From contig JBOZIK010000001.1 in the NCBI GenBank assembly GCA_051453625.1, forward strand, positions 49,096,322 to 49,133,324: 37,003 nt of DNA. Reading direction: 5' to 3'. A program made the position numbers and the translations under genes. Below are positions 1 to 12,115 of the stretch, one piece after another. The notes beneath the pieces are model-generated. The model saw only the letters and a program-made list of their open reading frames with translations. It was not told the DNA's origin and did not search any database. How positions within the stretch are numbered: position 1 is the first letter of the stretch; the number at the start of each line of letters is the position of its first letter. The stretch is from Welwitschia mirabilis. Its lineage: Eukaryota.

Positions 1-640
1 TTAAAAAAAAAAAAAGTATCTTGGAATATCTCAAAAACCTATGAGAAGTGCAAACTTGCTCTCTTATTTACCTTATACCATGAGGTTTACTTATTCACTC
101 CATGTTAAAAAATGGGGCATCTATTTGGATAAAGATCTTTTGTTAACCATTAATTTATCATTTTCTTTGAAGTAATTCATCTTCATTCCCCTTCCCCCCA
201 CCACTTTCTTCATTAGTTCCATCATCTTATAGGCCCTCCATATTTTACTTCAATTCATTCCCTACTTACTATGTTATTTCCCTTCCTAGTGAGTCTAAAC
301 ACTCCCTTCCAACTTTGTAATATAAGACTCATTATATTTTAAGTCGTAAAAATAATTTTTGAAATAATTCACATTTTCTAATTCCTTTATGTGTTTGACA
401 CCCCTCTCCACCTTATATTCTTCCTCATTTCTACCCAAGCTCAAGATAAATTCCCACCCTATTTTGTTTGTNNNNNNNNNNNNNNNNNNNNNNNNNNNNN
501 NNNNNNNNNNNNNNNNNNNNNNNNNNNNNNNNNNNNNNNNNNNNNNNNNNNNNNNNNNNNNNNNNNNNNNNCTATTTTGTTTGTCCATTCATTATTTTGC
601 TTAAGAAGTTTTATCTAGAATTAGTGTCTTCACCTATCCT

Positions 641-756
641 TTCTCCTCATTTAACCATATTCCTATCCCCACTTTATTTTACCAATTTATATGACTTTTC
701 TCCTCATTTAACCATATTCATATCCTACTTTATTTTACCAATTTATATGACTTTTC
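641..756. repeat. Tandem duplication of a ~57 bp unit
   Basis: TTCTCCTCATTTAACCATATTC..TATCC..ACTTTATTTTACCAATTTATATGACTTTTC occurs at 641 and again at 698 with few differences. Confidence 0.85.
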
Positions 757-1510
757 CACATTATCCTATGTCATTGATGGGGACATCCTTAATTCTCAGG
801 TGTATAAAGAGTTAAGCNNNNNNNNNNNNNNNNNNNNNNNNNNNNNNNNNNNNNNNNNNNNNNNNNNNNNNNNNNNNNNNNNNNNNNNNNNNNNNNNNNN
901 NNNNNNNNNNNNNNNNNNNNNNNNNNNNNNNNNNNNNNNNNNNNNNNNNNNNNNNNNNNNNNNNNNNNNNNNNNNNNNNNNNNNNNNNNNNNNNNNNNNN
1001 NNNNNNNNNNNNNNNNNNNNNNNNNNNNNNNNNNNNNNNNNNNNNNNNNNNNNNNNNNNNNNNNNNNNNNNNNNNNNNNNNNNNNNNNNNNNNNNNNNNN
1101 NNNNNNNNNNNNNNNNNNNNNNNNNNNNNNNNNNNNNNNNNNNNNNNNNNNNNNNNNNNNNNNNNNNNNNNNNNNNNNNNNNNNNNNNNNNNNNNNNNNN
1201 NNNNNNNNNNNNNNNNNNNNNNNNNNNNNNNNNNNNNNNNNNNNNNNNNNNNNNNNNNNNNNNNNNNNNNNNNNNNNNNNNNNNNNNNNNNNNNNNNNNN
1301 NNNNNNNNNNNNNNNNNNNNNNNNNNNNNNNNNNNNNNNNNNNNNNNNNNNNNNNNNNNNNNNNNNNNNNNNNNNNNNNNNNNNNNNNNNNNNNNNNNNN
1401 NNNNNNNNNNNNNNNNNNNNNNNNNNNNNNNNNNNNNNNNNNNNNNNNNNNNNNNNNNNNNNNNNNNNNNNNNNNNNNNNNNNNNNNNNNNNNNNNNNNN
1501 NNNNNNNNNN

Positions 1511-1731
1511 TGGTGTGACAGTAAAGGGCCCAACAATTGACTTGAACTCGAGACCAGCCAACAACCAGGCTTTCCAGTTCATGTGAGCACTTAACATGTG
1601 GATCGAGATGGAGATTGTTGGGTGTGTGGTCCCCATACCCAGCCCGATAAGTGAGTAAATGTGAAAGGGTTCCAATTTACCAGATTCCACTAATAGTCAT
1701 GGCTTTTGGTGTGACATTAAAGGACCCAACA
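1511..1731 (+). mobile_element. TRIM-like miniature LTR retrotransposon; 5' part lies in the N-gap
   Basis: The LTR end TGGTGTGACAGTAAAGGGCCCAACA (1511-1535) is repeated as TGGTGTGACATTAAAGGACCCAACA (1707-1731). An 80 bp internal region ends in purine-rich GAGATGGAGAT just before TGTTGGG at 1616. Confidence 0.7.
1616..1731 (+). repeat. 116 bp 3' LTR of the TRIM-like element
   Basis: Begins TGTTGGG and ends CCCAACA (perfect 7 bp terminal inverted repeat); preceded by a PPT-like tract. Confidence 0.72.
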
Positions 1732-3199
1732 AAATTGCCTAGCCAAAAAGTTGGTTGTGCTATCTGCATTATGTTGGTGCTAGAGATAATAACAGTCTAA
1801 AACCTTCTCAAGCAGTGTTAAAATTGTAGCAATAATTCCACCTTTTTCATCTAAGAATCATCATTTGTATTGAACCATTGTCCAGTTTGAAAGAGAGAAA
1901 AGATTATATATTCAATAAAAAGACACAAAAAAGGCCGCGTTGAAAAAAAATAGAGAGATGAACGGAAAAAGAAGAAGCGTCATAAGAAGAGAAAGCAGCC
2001 CCCAAAACAAAGAAGGAAGAGTGACAATCAATGTGCTTTACAATAGATTTACAAGATGTGAAATCACACTTAATAGGTTGAATTCCATCACCTAATGATT
2101 TTTCATTGTTAAAATAATTCAGGATGTAGGAAAGTTTGTTTCAAAAGTAAGAGATCTTAGAGAGAAGTGCGTCAGAGGGGGTTGGATTTAGCAATGGGAG
2201 AAGAGGACTCTTTTACACAGAGAAAACATAGAGATATGTCTACAATGAATTTGTAACAATGCCATCTTGCATTAATGATCCCATCAAAAAATGGCTGATA
2301 TGTTCATATCCTTGGGAGAGATGACCCAATACTAAGGGAGAACATTAGACTATAAGGAGGTGGAGATAGAACATCAAAGATTGTCAAACAGACATGTTGA
2401 TGTTGCCTTGAATTCTTGGTGCGGTTCGGTAGCGGAGGTTTAGTGGAGTTAGTTGAGGACCCAAAGTCCTCTACAAGAATCCACCGGTATCAAAAAACAA
2501 TGGCTGTTTTGTCATTATAGCTATATACACATTATCTTGGGTATCAAGAATGTATACCCCGTTTGTTCTTTGAGAGCTCTGGTTCCAGACGATTTATGTT
2601 CTAAAAATGATTGAAGAGTTGATTAATGGGAGATGAAGGATGAGCGCTTTGGAGTTCTTCAAGGAGCCTCATATCCGGAATGTCGTTACAACGGATGGAA
2701 CTCTTGTCAACTGGAAAGGCGAGGACAACAACCAGTCATAACAGAAATTTGTGCAGTTGAGTGGAAGGCTACTATTTTTGATCCAAGTCCTCACATTGTT
2801 CACGTTTTTGACAGATATCTTAGAATATGGAAGAAATGGATGGTATTTAAAGAACTGGAGAAAGCATTTGAAATATATTGGAATTCTCCTAAGCTCCCTC
2901 CACCTCGGACTGAAAGGTTGATGCAAAAGCAGACATAGATCTGGCTTGTGCTCTAAAGGTCCAATACACAGCAGAGATCTCATTTTTAGCAGGAAGCAAA
3001 CTTCTGTATCAAGAAACAGAGTTCTAGATAGCAGAAGAACTTGTTGAGATGATTGCTCAAAACATCCTTAATGGATCAAAGGCCCTTCCTACACTTCTCG
3101 TTGACAAATTGATTAGCTGTTTGCCTTATGTGATAAGGTAGCTTTCAAGAAAAGCAGAGCGACATGTAATTGATATCTAGATTTGGGCAATGACCGAAG

Positions 3200-4120
3200 C
3201 ACTTGAGTAGCTCATTTTCATATGGGTTGACCAACATTGCAATGGCAGAGAACATTGGAAATGGCTCCTTCTGAAAATAAGGAAACTGACCTTTGCTAAA
3301 CTGTTTTGATAACATTGAATAGCATAGAGATCAGAAACATAACTGTTAAAATGACGCCTTGAATGGAAAATAATACAGTAAAGGCATATCTTCAGGAAGT
3401 TCCACTGAAATTTCAGGATACACATTTTGTCTGACCACCTGAAGTGTCTCTGTGCCTCAGATTACCATCCCAGTTTGATATGAGCTTTGAATATCCCTAT
3501 GCGATGCCTCCGACTGAAGCGAAGCAAATGTAACTGGGCACCATAGTTCCTGCATTTCCGCTGCGGGAGCCTTTAACTAGGAACGTCTGAAAGTCTCCAG
3601 AAGATTTTCAGCGGTCCCCTGCATTCCTGGTTATGTTTATCTGTAACCATGCCCACTCGTCATTCACTTGAAGAAAGCTATCATTGACATTGCTAATGAA
3701 TATATTCCTAAAGGTGTTTCTATTGTCGCAATACCTTCCGTTCAGTAGCTACTCATCCCTTTAAATGAGCGACCGAATCCTTTTTTGCCCAAATGACGGT
3801 GGATGTCCTGGAAAAAGACGTGGGATTTCAAACAAAAATGCAGAAGAGAGATAAGAAAGAAGTGAAGAATCACAGGAGAAGGTGAAGAAAACAACAAAAG
3901 CAGAGGATCCAGACTTAGAACAGATAGGGCATTTTTAAAAGTGGAGGAGATAGTTGAAAGCAATAGTTTAGCTGCAGAAGGTATTGAGAGGTACGGTAGA
4001 ACATCAGAGAGAAGACCTGCATTTGGGAAGGGGAGGATCCGAAAAGGAGAATGGAAGCAGTCTTCAGAATGGCAGCTTACGGAAAGACACAGCAATGCAT
4101 CAAGGCCAAGACGACGCAAT
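3200..4120 (-). pseudogene. Degenerate LINE (L1 clade) ORF1: DUF4283-like region plus zinc knuckle
   Basis: Frameshifted minus-strand fragments occur in the expected order: STFKNALS, LGKKGFGRS, GPLKIFWR, ELW/AQLHLL, YPEISVELPEDMPL (cf. ARICVEVDLSKPL) and FPMF/CHCNVGQ (cf. LP.FC..C...GH). The element may continue as a decayed endonuclease region down to ~2200. Confidence 0.55.
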
Positions 4121-5339
4121 AGGGAAGATGAAATCCCAACGTTTCAGATTCGTATGTTCAGTTCATCCTCTCGCCAAATCTCTGTTTATGAATTATTTCA
4201 GTCTATGAAATTTCTTTTCTTTTTTTAAAGATATTACCTTCTTTATTTTTAAATCAAAATGTTTGCGCAAACTCAGATCACTTAGCGTTGTCAATGCATC
4301 AATTCTCATTTTAAAATTTATTTATTTATATTTCAAATTTTGCTAAAAATTATTTAACTTTTTTACATTTTTCAATTAAAAAAGGAAATTTATTATTGAA
4401 TTAGTTTTATTTCAAAATTGAATATATCCTCGCTTCTTTCTCGCATATGGATCTGGTAATATCCAATCTTTGTTTGAGATAGATTTTAAGATAACAATTC
4501 ATAGTCCCATAAACATCTTATCTTTCCTTTAGACTATGAAATTCAGAATTCCATCATTAGATTAGTGACTTTGTAATTCCATTAGTTTTTTACCCTCTAA
4601 GTATTCACTATATATACATATATATTGATATTTTGTTGAGATAGCCCACTTGTATCCCTATCTCTTGGTTATATGTTTTATTATTAATGCATCAATATTT
4701 TTCATGGTGACACTTTATCTAAAATAGTCTAGACACTAAACTCTAGCTTGTCTCAATCTATTATCATCATAAACCTTAGCATTTTTCTTTTAGCTTTATA
4801 AATTTCAAATTTTCAACTATTAGATAACTCATGGATAACCTACCAATTANNNNNNNNNNNNNNNNNNNNNNNNNNNNNNNNNNNNNNNNNNNNNNNNNNN
4901 NNNNNNNNNNNNNNNNNNNNNNNNNNNNNNNNNNNNNNNNNNNNNNNNNNNNNNNNNNNNNNNNNNNNNNNNNNNNNNNNNNNNNNNNNNNNNNNNNNNN
5001 NNNNNNNNNNNNNNNNNNNNNNNNNNNNNNNNNNNNNNNNNNNNNNNNNNNNNNNNNNNNNNNNNNNNNNNNNNNNNNNNNNNNNNNNNNNNNNNNNNNN
5101 NNNNNNNNNNNNNNNNNNNNNNNNNNNNNNNNNNNNNNNNNNNNNNNNNNNNNNNNNNNNNNNNNNNNNNNNNNNNNNNNNNNNNNNNNNNNNNNNNNNN
5201 NNNNNNNNNNNNNNNNNNNNNNNNNNNNNNNNNNNNNNNNNNNNNNNNNNNNNNNNNNNNNNNNNNNNNNNNNNNNNNNNNNNNNNNNNNNNNNNNNNNN
5301 NNNNNNNNNNNNNNNNNAAAAAAAGATTCAACGTTGTAA

Positions 5340-7680
5340 AATTCAATTGTAACAATATAAGTTTTACATCTCTATTTGAAACTATTGTATTTGGTAACCT
5401 CTAGAGATGTAGAATATCTTAGAAGAATAACATAGCCATGCATGAAGCATTACTTGTCTTAGCACAAGGGATAAAGTGTGCAAACTGATTAAGTTTATCC
5501 ACGACCACCATGATGGAATCATGTCCAATCTTGGAATGAGGTAATCCTAAGATAAAATCTATACTCAAGTCTTGTAATGGATTCGCTAGAACTGGTAATG
5601 ATAAGTATAATCCTGTATTTTTAGATCCACACTTTAACATGTAGAACGACTTCATGTCATTTGCTATACATCCTTGTACATGTTAAGCTAATGGTATAAC
5701 ATCTTTAACAATTTTTAGGTTTTATCTAATCCATGATGTCCCATCATGTCTTCATAATTCTTTTTCTATAAGATGTTTTTTCTCATTGATCCTCTAGGAA
5801 TGCATAACTTATGAATTCACTTTGGAGCATTTGTTAATCTGAATAACATCACTAATTAATTGTACAACCTATCTAAGATCTTAAAACCTATTTGCCACTC
5901 ATCTCCTTCTTAGATATGAATATGGTGATATTCAATCTTAAAATCTAACTTATTGATGTTTATCTTGTGATGGGTCTTGAATTAACATGCATGCACAACC
6001 TCTTGCTATCCTTCTTTAGAGTTAACACTACTAAAATAGAACACAATAACAAACTTTTCTTAATTAATCCCTTTTCTAGAAATTCCTAAATATATCTACT
6101 AATCTCCTCACTTTCATGTGGTGCCATTTTGTATGATGTTTTGTTTGGAAGTGAAGCATTAGACAGTAGATCTATGTAATGATTAATGCTTCTAACAAGT
6201 GGTAAACTAATAGGCAATTCATCAATAAAAACATTTGTAAAGGATTTCACCATATCTTTTATCTCCATTGGATACTTTTTGAACTACTATTTTGAAGATA
6301 TCTTTACTATCATTGTCATGTCATAGCGTTCTTTTTTTATTTCATGTATCACCTCTTTCATTTCTAAGAAGCATACATCTATCTTGTGTTCTAAAAGCTC
6401 CTCTAAATCTAATAACAACTAAAATCTCTTTTTACTCGTATTAATTATGAAATAAGTATTAGTCTCTCCATTATACATGCACTTAATATTATATTACCAT
6501 GGTTTATCTAATAATAAATAATAAGCATCCACAGAAATAATATCACAATGGACTTGATCATAGTAGTTATCAATTTTAGAGTTTACCAGACATTGTTTTG
6601 TAACTATAACATGGTGTTCCTTCTTAATCATGAGAGTTAATATGGTATTGGATGCAACATGATCTTTAACTTCAACTTTTCCACCATCTCAGTAGAAACC
6701 AAATTATCAGTGATTTCATTATCAACTATAACCTTGCATACCATCTCTTTATACTTATGTCTAGTTATGAAGAGTTGTCTCTATTATGGTGGCTTCTCAA
6801 CAATTTTGCATCTTACATAAGAGATTTACTAGTAATTATATGTTCTCTTTTCTCACCAGCAACATTTTCCAATTCCTTCTTTTTAGATTCTTTATTTGTC
6901 TTGCCACGCTCAAAGATAGCATTAGTATGTATAACCTCCTTACTTAATGAAAAGTTATAAGACTTGTATGCTAGCTTATGATATTTAGAATGTACAGTTA
7001 AANNNNNNNNNNNTCTACCTCTTCCTCGATAAGTACCTCCTTTGCCTTTGGTATCTTCTTCGGCTTTCTTCTATCATTCTTGGTTTGCCATTTCTCCTTG
7101 TGTACAAACTCTTCTTTGAAATTCTTTTTCTTTGAATCTTCTTCTATTTGAACTATTCCTTCATTGCAACTTCCTTTTTTCTTGTAATTGACATGCTTCC
7201 TCTATTGTTGTAGAAGTGATAATGGTAATTTCATCTTAAATAACAATTATTAAACCCATAACATATTTGGTTACCTCTTCTATGCTGAAGTTAAATTGTC
7301 CTACTTAAATGGAAATTGCACGAATCTCCTTTGTGTACTCTATGATAGACTTTTCTCGTTTATAAAGTGTTTGCATCCTTTTTATTATCTCTATCTTATG
7401 TAAAAGTGAAATGAAATTGTCTTGGAGCCACTCCTTTATGTAGCTTCAAGAAGTTGGGAGGTATTGATCTTGATGATTCTTTTAAACATGCTCCTATCAA
7501 CTAGCTGCAACTCTTCACAAGTGAGTTAAAGAAATCTTTACCTTCTTTTCTACATCTATGTTCTCCATCTTAAAGTATTACTTTATGCCTTAAATCCAAT
7601 CCCAAAGCTTTTCTATTTTTAAATTTCCTTTGAATAGTATTACACTTACTAATTCCTTCTATCCCATCTTCACTAGGACT
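5340..7680 (-). pseudogene. CRM-type gag-pol relic (gag ~7230-7640, protease ~6430-6760, RT N-terminal half ~5820-6270, integrase ~5340-5815)
   Basis: Protease CKVIVD..NLVSTEMVEKL..HPIPY and VHCDII...LLLDKPW; RT HYIDLLSNASLPNKTSYKM and YHHIHI*EGDEWQIGFK..LVMLFRLTNAP; integrase TGLYLSLPV..DLSIDFILGLP..HDSIMVVVDK..AHFIPCAKT. Many stops and frameshifts. Confidence 0.85.
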
Positions 7681-7982
7681 TTCATAAAGGAGCCTTCTCT
7701 TCATCTTTACTCCAAGGTTCATACATAATTTCCTCTCTTAGTGGCCCCTCCACAATGGATTATTCTTCTTCATGCTTCTCGTCTAGAATTAATTCTAAAG
7801 GTTTGGGTGTATATTCCATACTCATCTCTTTTCCATCTCCGACATTAGATATAGAATATATTCTATTACCATTTCTTATCTTATAAGATGACTTTGTAGG
7901 TGAGAAAGTGTTGTCTTCTTTGGTGGCACCTTGAAAACTAAAACCAACTGCACACAAAATTAAAACTTTCTTGGATACTACA

Positions 7983-8721
7983 TGATGCAAAGCTAGCATA
8001 ATGAAAGCTCAAGGATACTTTTTGGATTATATTTCCAGAGGAATAAAAATATAAAGAAAATATGCGAGAAATAGAGTATTGAAGGAATCACTTTTTATTA
8101 CTGAATAATAAGAGCTATAACACTTATAAACTAGAATCAAACTGATAGAGCTTCTAGAGCTCTCTCTCCTTAATAATGGGTATTAAAGCCTTAACAAGGC
8201 TTTATCACTCTGATATCAGATAGCTTTTAAGAGAGAACATAAGTAAGCCATGATATTCATTAGGAACTATCTCCTTAAGTACCTTAACAAGATCTCCTAT
8301 CAAGATCCAACTCTAAGATCTCTTACTTCTTCCTTCTCTAATTCTTTTACCAAGACATTTTTTAGGTTATGCTCTTCATCTCCTCATACCCTTTTATTCA
8401 TAGGGCTTCAAGAGAAATGCTTATTAACAAATAATCCTCCTAATATTACCCTCTTATATAATGCACTAAAAATAATCTCTAAACATAGCTCACTTTGTAC
8501 ACATGAATTTCTATTAAACACAGCATATTTCTTACAGGTTTCCTTAAAAATAACATATTCCACCTACTGAGATTCCTTTTACACTAGCTGCACATGATGC
8601 CTGCATGGTGATCACACTTGGGCGATATTATTTTTCACACAAGAATACTAAAACCTTAACAAACAAGCCTCTAACTAAAACACACTTATTTATTTTTAGT
8701 TTTGAAGAATGCTCTGCATCA
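7983..8721 (-). repeat. 5' LTR of the CRM-type element (~739 bp)
   Basis: Termini TGATGCAAAGC ... GCTCTGCATCA form a 10/11 inverted repeat. The adjacent CTTGGATACTA (7970-7980) resembles a decayed reverse-complement TGGTATCAGAG PBS. Confidence 0.7.
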
Positions 8722-9940
8722 CTTATACATGTTAAGTTCTAAACAAGTGTAGTAATCAAACATATAAGAATAAGAAAGTGCATAAAGTTCTATAATATAA
8801 ATTAAGAAGTGGGCTCGAAGAAGTTATATCCTCCATAGAGAAACAAAGAAATTAAGATGATATCATAGAACATAGGGTGTTTTAATAATCTCTCATAACA
8901 ATCCATCACTAAACAATGGAAGAATGAAAGATTTGCTAATTTCCTACATATCCAAGAGATAAAAATAAATGAAGTAGCTAGCATACAAATAATTAGAAAA
9001 TGTTTTAAAAATGTGGGCTATATTATAGGGCATTAAAGTAGTAGGGCAAGTAGAACGTGCATTATTTGGAAAAATCACTAGTGTATTTTTCTTTTAGTAA
9101 ATATAAAATAAAAATTAAGATTCCAAGTGGAGTTTTTTAAAAACTAGATAACATAAATACTTCATTCATTATTTATAGAAACATGAATAATGTATTTCAT
9201 GAGGTAGTAAAAATTGAAGGTAATAGCTAGTGGAATATAGATATAAAAGTTATTTTAAAAGGACTTAGAAGATTACAAATAATCAACATATTCATTGCTA
9301 ACTATCATTATACTTGAACAAGGACAAAAATAAATTTTGTTATAAGGTGAATACGTTTATATGCTAATCAAGCTAACTTTTGTAGTTTAATAGTATTAAA
9401 ATAGGTAAGATTACTAGAATGCATTTCAAATATTAAACTAATCATAATGGATACAAATACCCAAATAAACAAACCTTTAAACATTTTTATGTGGGTGAAG
9501 ATATGGGAAAGAAAATACAAATATAGACTCTATTGTTATAATAGTCTAAGAGACTAGACCTTATGAATCATTTTATAATAGGCTTTGAACAAAATTAAAT
9601 ATCATTAAGAACCAAGAACTTAGATGGTCTAAAGAGATCCTAAAGTTTTATCTTAAAAAAAGAATGAACTTCAAGAGAGAATTGATGAAATTGAAGAAGA
9701 CATTCAAATTCATAATTGAATGGGGAACATAAACTAGAAGGAATAATAATGTATTTAATAGAGTTATATAATTAATGGTTACTACAAAAACTATGAAGAT
9801 GAAAATTTCAAGTTGTTCCATGAATATGCTTTAATTGAAAAGTTATAGATAAAGCTTAAGGTCATTGAGAAATGAAATGGTAACTATGCTACAGACTAAA
9901 AATAAATTAAAGAAAAAGCTATACATTTCTTTAAGTTCAT
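8722..9940 (+). mobile_element. L1-type LINE, 5' segment: end of ORF1 and ORF2 endonuclease (pseudogenised)
   Basis: MIS*NIGCFNN at 8857 (cf. SWNVRGLNN), LHIQEIK (cf. LQETK), FIIYRNMNNV..VKIEG (cf. GDFN..EK.GG), YT* (cf. YTW), KPLNIFMW and DENFKLFH (cf. GD.NTKFFH). Confidence 0.75.
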
Positions 9941-10854
9941 TGGTGGAGTGTGAATCTTGTGATCAATCTAGTACTTTATTCTAATAAATGATTTAGCTTT
10001 GATATATGTAATTCTTAATAAACACACACAAAACCCACTAGTATATAAAAGTTAACCCAAATTTTTTAGTCTAGAGAGGGATTATAAATAAAAAGTTAGA
10101 AGATTGCTCTAATCAAAAAGTACAAAATTGAAATGATTTTCAAATCTAACTTCAAAATTAAAATGCAATGATGTAATAGATAAATGCAAGATGTAAAGAT
10201 GGATGTAACCTAAATACAAATCGTAATCAAGTGCACCAACTTATTTTCACCCAAGTTGGCCCTCATAATTTATATCAATTACAAATAACTATCAGTTAAA
10301 TGCAATTAACATAAACTATAACAAAGGTTAGAAAGTAGTTTGACAAGAACACCTTAATAAATAACTTTATTAATTAAAATGTTCATACCATTTTATAAAG
10401 TAAGAACTCCTTAATGAAGTGGACATAACCTAATATCAATGAATGTCCTTCTATGCAACTAAAATGGATCCCTTGCTCAATTGATTTTTAAAACATCAAA
10501 AGATTAATCGATGCATTAAAAATAATAAATGAGGAAACTCAGTGGGGTATTTATGGATTTGAGATGATGATCAGGGTTGCCGAAGAGTTGTAACAAATCA
10601 AAGGTAAGTATATCAATAATTTCATAACCGATGAAGTTCGTTTCATAATTATTATGACTATCGTCTACTTGGATGTCGTCAGACAACATGATGGACATAA
10701 GTTGATCTCTTCTTCTAATGGATTCTTCTATTACACATTTATTCTTGGTAATGGTTGAGTTTCATCCTTTTGGTATCATCTTAGGTATTGTCTAGATGGC
10801 CAAGTGGATGACTGTTAGATATTAATTTATAAGTTATGCTTCTTATGATCCTAT
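9941..10854 (-). repeat. Element A 3' LTR, left fragment
   Basis: Aligns by eye with 24241-~25127 and stops where the copia LTR begins. Confidence 0.88.
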
Positions 10855-12115
10855 TACAGGATCAAGGATCCTAAAGGAGGGGGTGAATAGGATTTTTAAA
10901 AAATTTAAATAATTATCACTACCCAAGAAATAAATTATGACATAAAAGATATAACAAAATAAACTCAAAAGCAGAACAAAAGAAATGCACAAGATAAGAC
11001 TTATAGTGATCGAAATACACTTTACTCCACTCTCAGAAGTTAGTCAATAAATAAGATTGTTTTGGATCTTTGTTGCTTCACTATCCACTAGGTTTTCAAG
11101 GCTAACCTTTAACCTTATAAAGAAACTTTTTTAAGCTAAGTCTCAACATTCATAAATAGGATTTTGTAGGCTAAGTCTCAAGCTTCATAAAATGGACTTT
11201 TACAGGATAAGTCTCAGCCTTCATAAAACAGACTTTTGTAGGCTAAGTCTCAACCTCAATAAAATGCATAAGGGTGAGTGAGAAAATGAAGCCTCTATTC
11301 TCTAAGTAAATCAAATGCAAAAATAAAAAATGGAGACTTATTACTCAATTTAGTACAAATGTAAGTGCTGAGCAAGAGAAGAATGATGGTACAAAGATGA
11401 GCTTTTCAGATTAAGAATGCAACCTTCTTTTTCAAAATCTGTTAGATCTTAAGCCCTGCCAGGTTTTTGAGTATGACCTCCTTAAATAGATTTCTCAAAA
11501 ATATAGCCATTAGATAGTTGGGAAGGAATCTAACATTTGTAATGGATAGATTTGGTGAAGTAATGGTTAGAAAATTACTTGAAAATTTTTGCTTCTACTC
11601 TGATCAGTCAGCCCCTTAAAACATTTGGTCGACCCCTCAAAACATCTGGTCGACCTGAGTGACTCACATCGCTTGATTTGATTGCCTTCTTTTTAATCCA
11701 GTCAACCCAAGTAACTCAGGTTACTTGGTTTGGTCACCCCCATCTAAAATCTAGTTGACTATTTTTCTTTAGGTTTGGTCGACCCCACATGAATCTGGTC
11801 AAACCCACATAAGTTTGGTCGACCTCATATGATGTAGTACATATGGAGAAGCTTAAAAAATGCATTTTCAAGTTTAGTTAACCCCTTAAAGATCTGGTCA
11901 ACCCCTCATGAAGTAACCCAAAATGAGTATTTCCAAGTTTGATCGACTCCTACTTTAAGTCCTTAGACATAAAATCAAGTTACTTTAATCAAAACATGTC
12001 CAAATCTTACTATCTTTTAGATATCGATAATTTAGTTTTTCACATCTGTAAATCACATTTTAGTCTATAAAGATCATATTAGTTTGACATTAATTAGTAA
12101 TAGAAAACCCTAATA
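10855..12115 (-). repeat. Sirevirus 3' LTR
   Basis: Homologous to 14956-16163 and adjacent to ATTTCCCCCTTT (reverse-complement PPT). Confidence 0.88.
11098..11265. repeat. ~35 bp tandem repeat inside Sirevirus LTR (5 copies; 4 copies at ~15223-15354 in the other LTR)
   Basis: Repeated unit AGGCTAAGTCTCAACCTTCATAAAA..GACTTTTGT. Confidence 0.8.

Larger units (their letters stand above)
4560..8721 (-). mobile_element. Ty3/gypsy CRM-type (chromovirus) retrotransposon, internally deleted; 3' LTR not recognisable
   Basis: LTR plus degenerate Met-type PBS on the right, followed by gag, protease, partial RT and integrase relics in gypsy order on the minus strand. The left boundary is approximate. 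Confidence 0.8.

Noticed and set aside
1..471. Possible coding relic on the minus strand
   Set aside because: Too degenerate and truncated by gaps to assign to any family.
2633..4228. Plus-strand ORFs (2633-2938, 3941-4228) as host genes
   Set aside because: No recognisable domain or exon structure; better explained as the antisense of the LINE relic.
4500..4700. TGCATCA at ~4688-4694 as the terminus of the CRM 3' LTR
   Set aside because: The adjacent sequence shows no similarity to the 7983-8721 LTR and no TSD is correctly placed.
295..5355. Long ORFs containing X runs (also at 12396-12590 and 31352-32640)
   Set aside because: Artefacts of translating through N gaps; only the integrase-like parts near 31167-32304 are meaningful.
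3200..9940. LINE ORF1 (3200-4120) and LINE ORF2 (from 8857) as one element
   Set aside because: Opposite strands and very different base composition and decay.
11098..11830. Repeat arrays as a CRISPR array
   Set aside because: Eukaryotic context, no unique spacers and no cas genes; the arrays are duplicated in both LTRs as typical Sirevirus LTR repeats.
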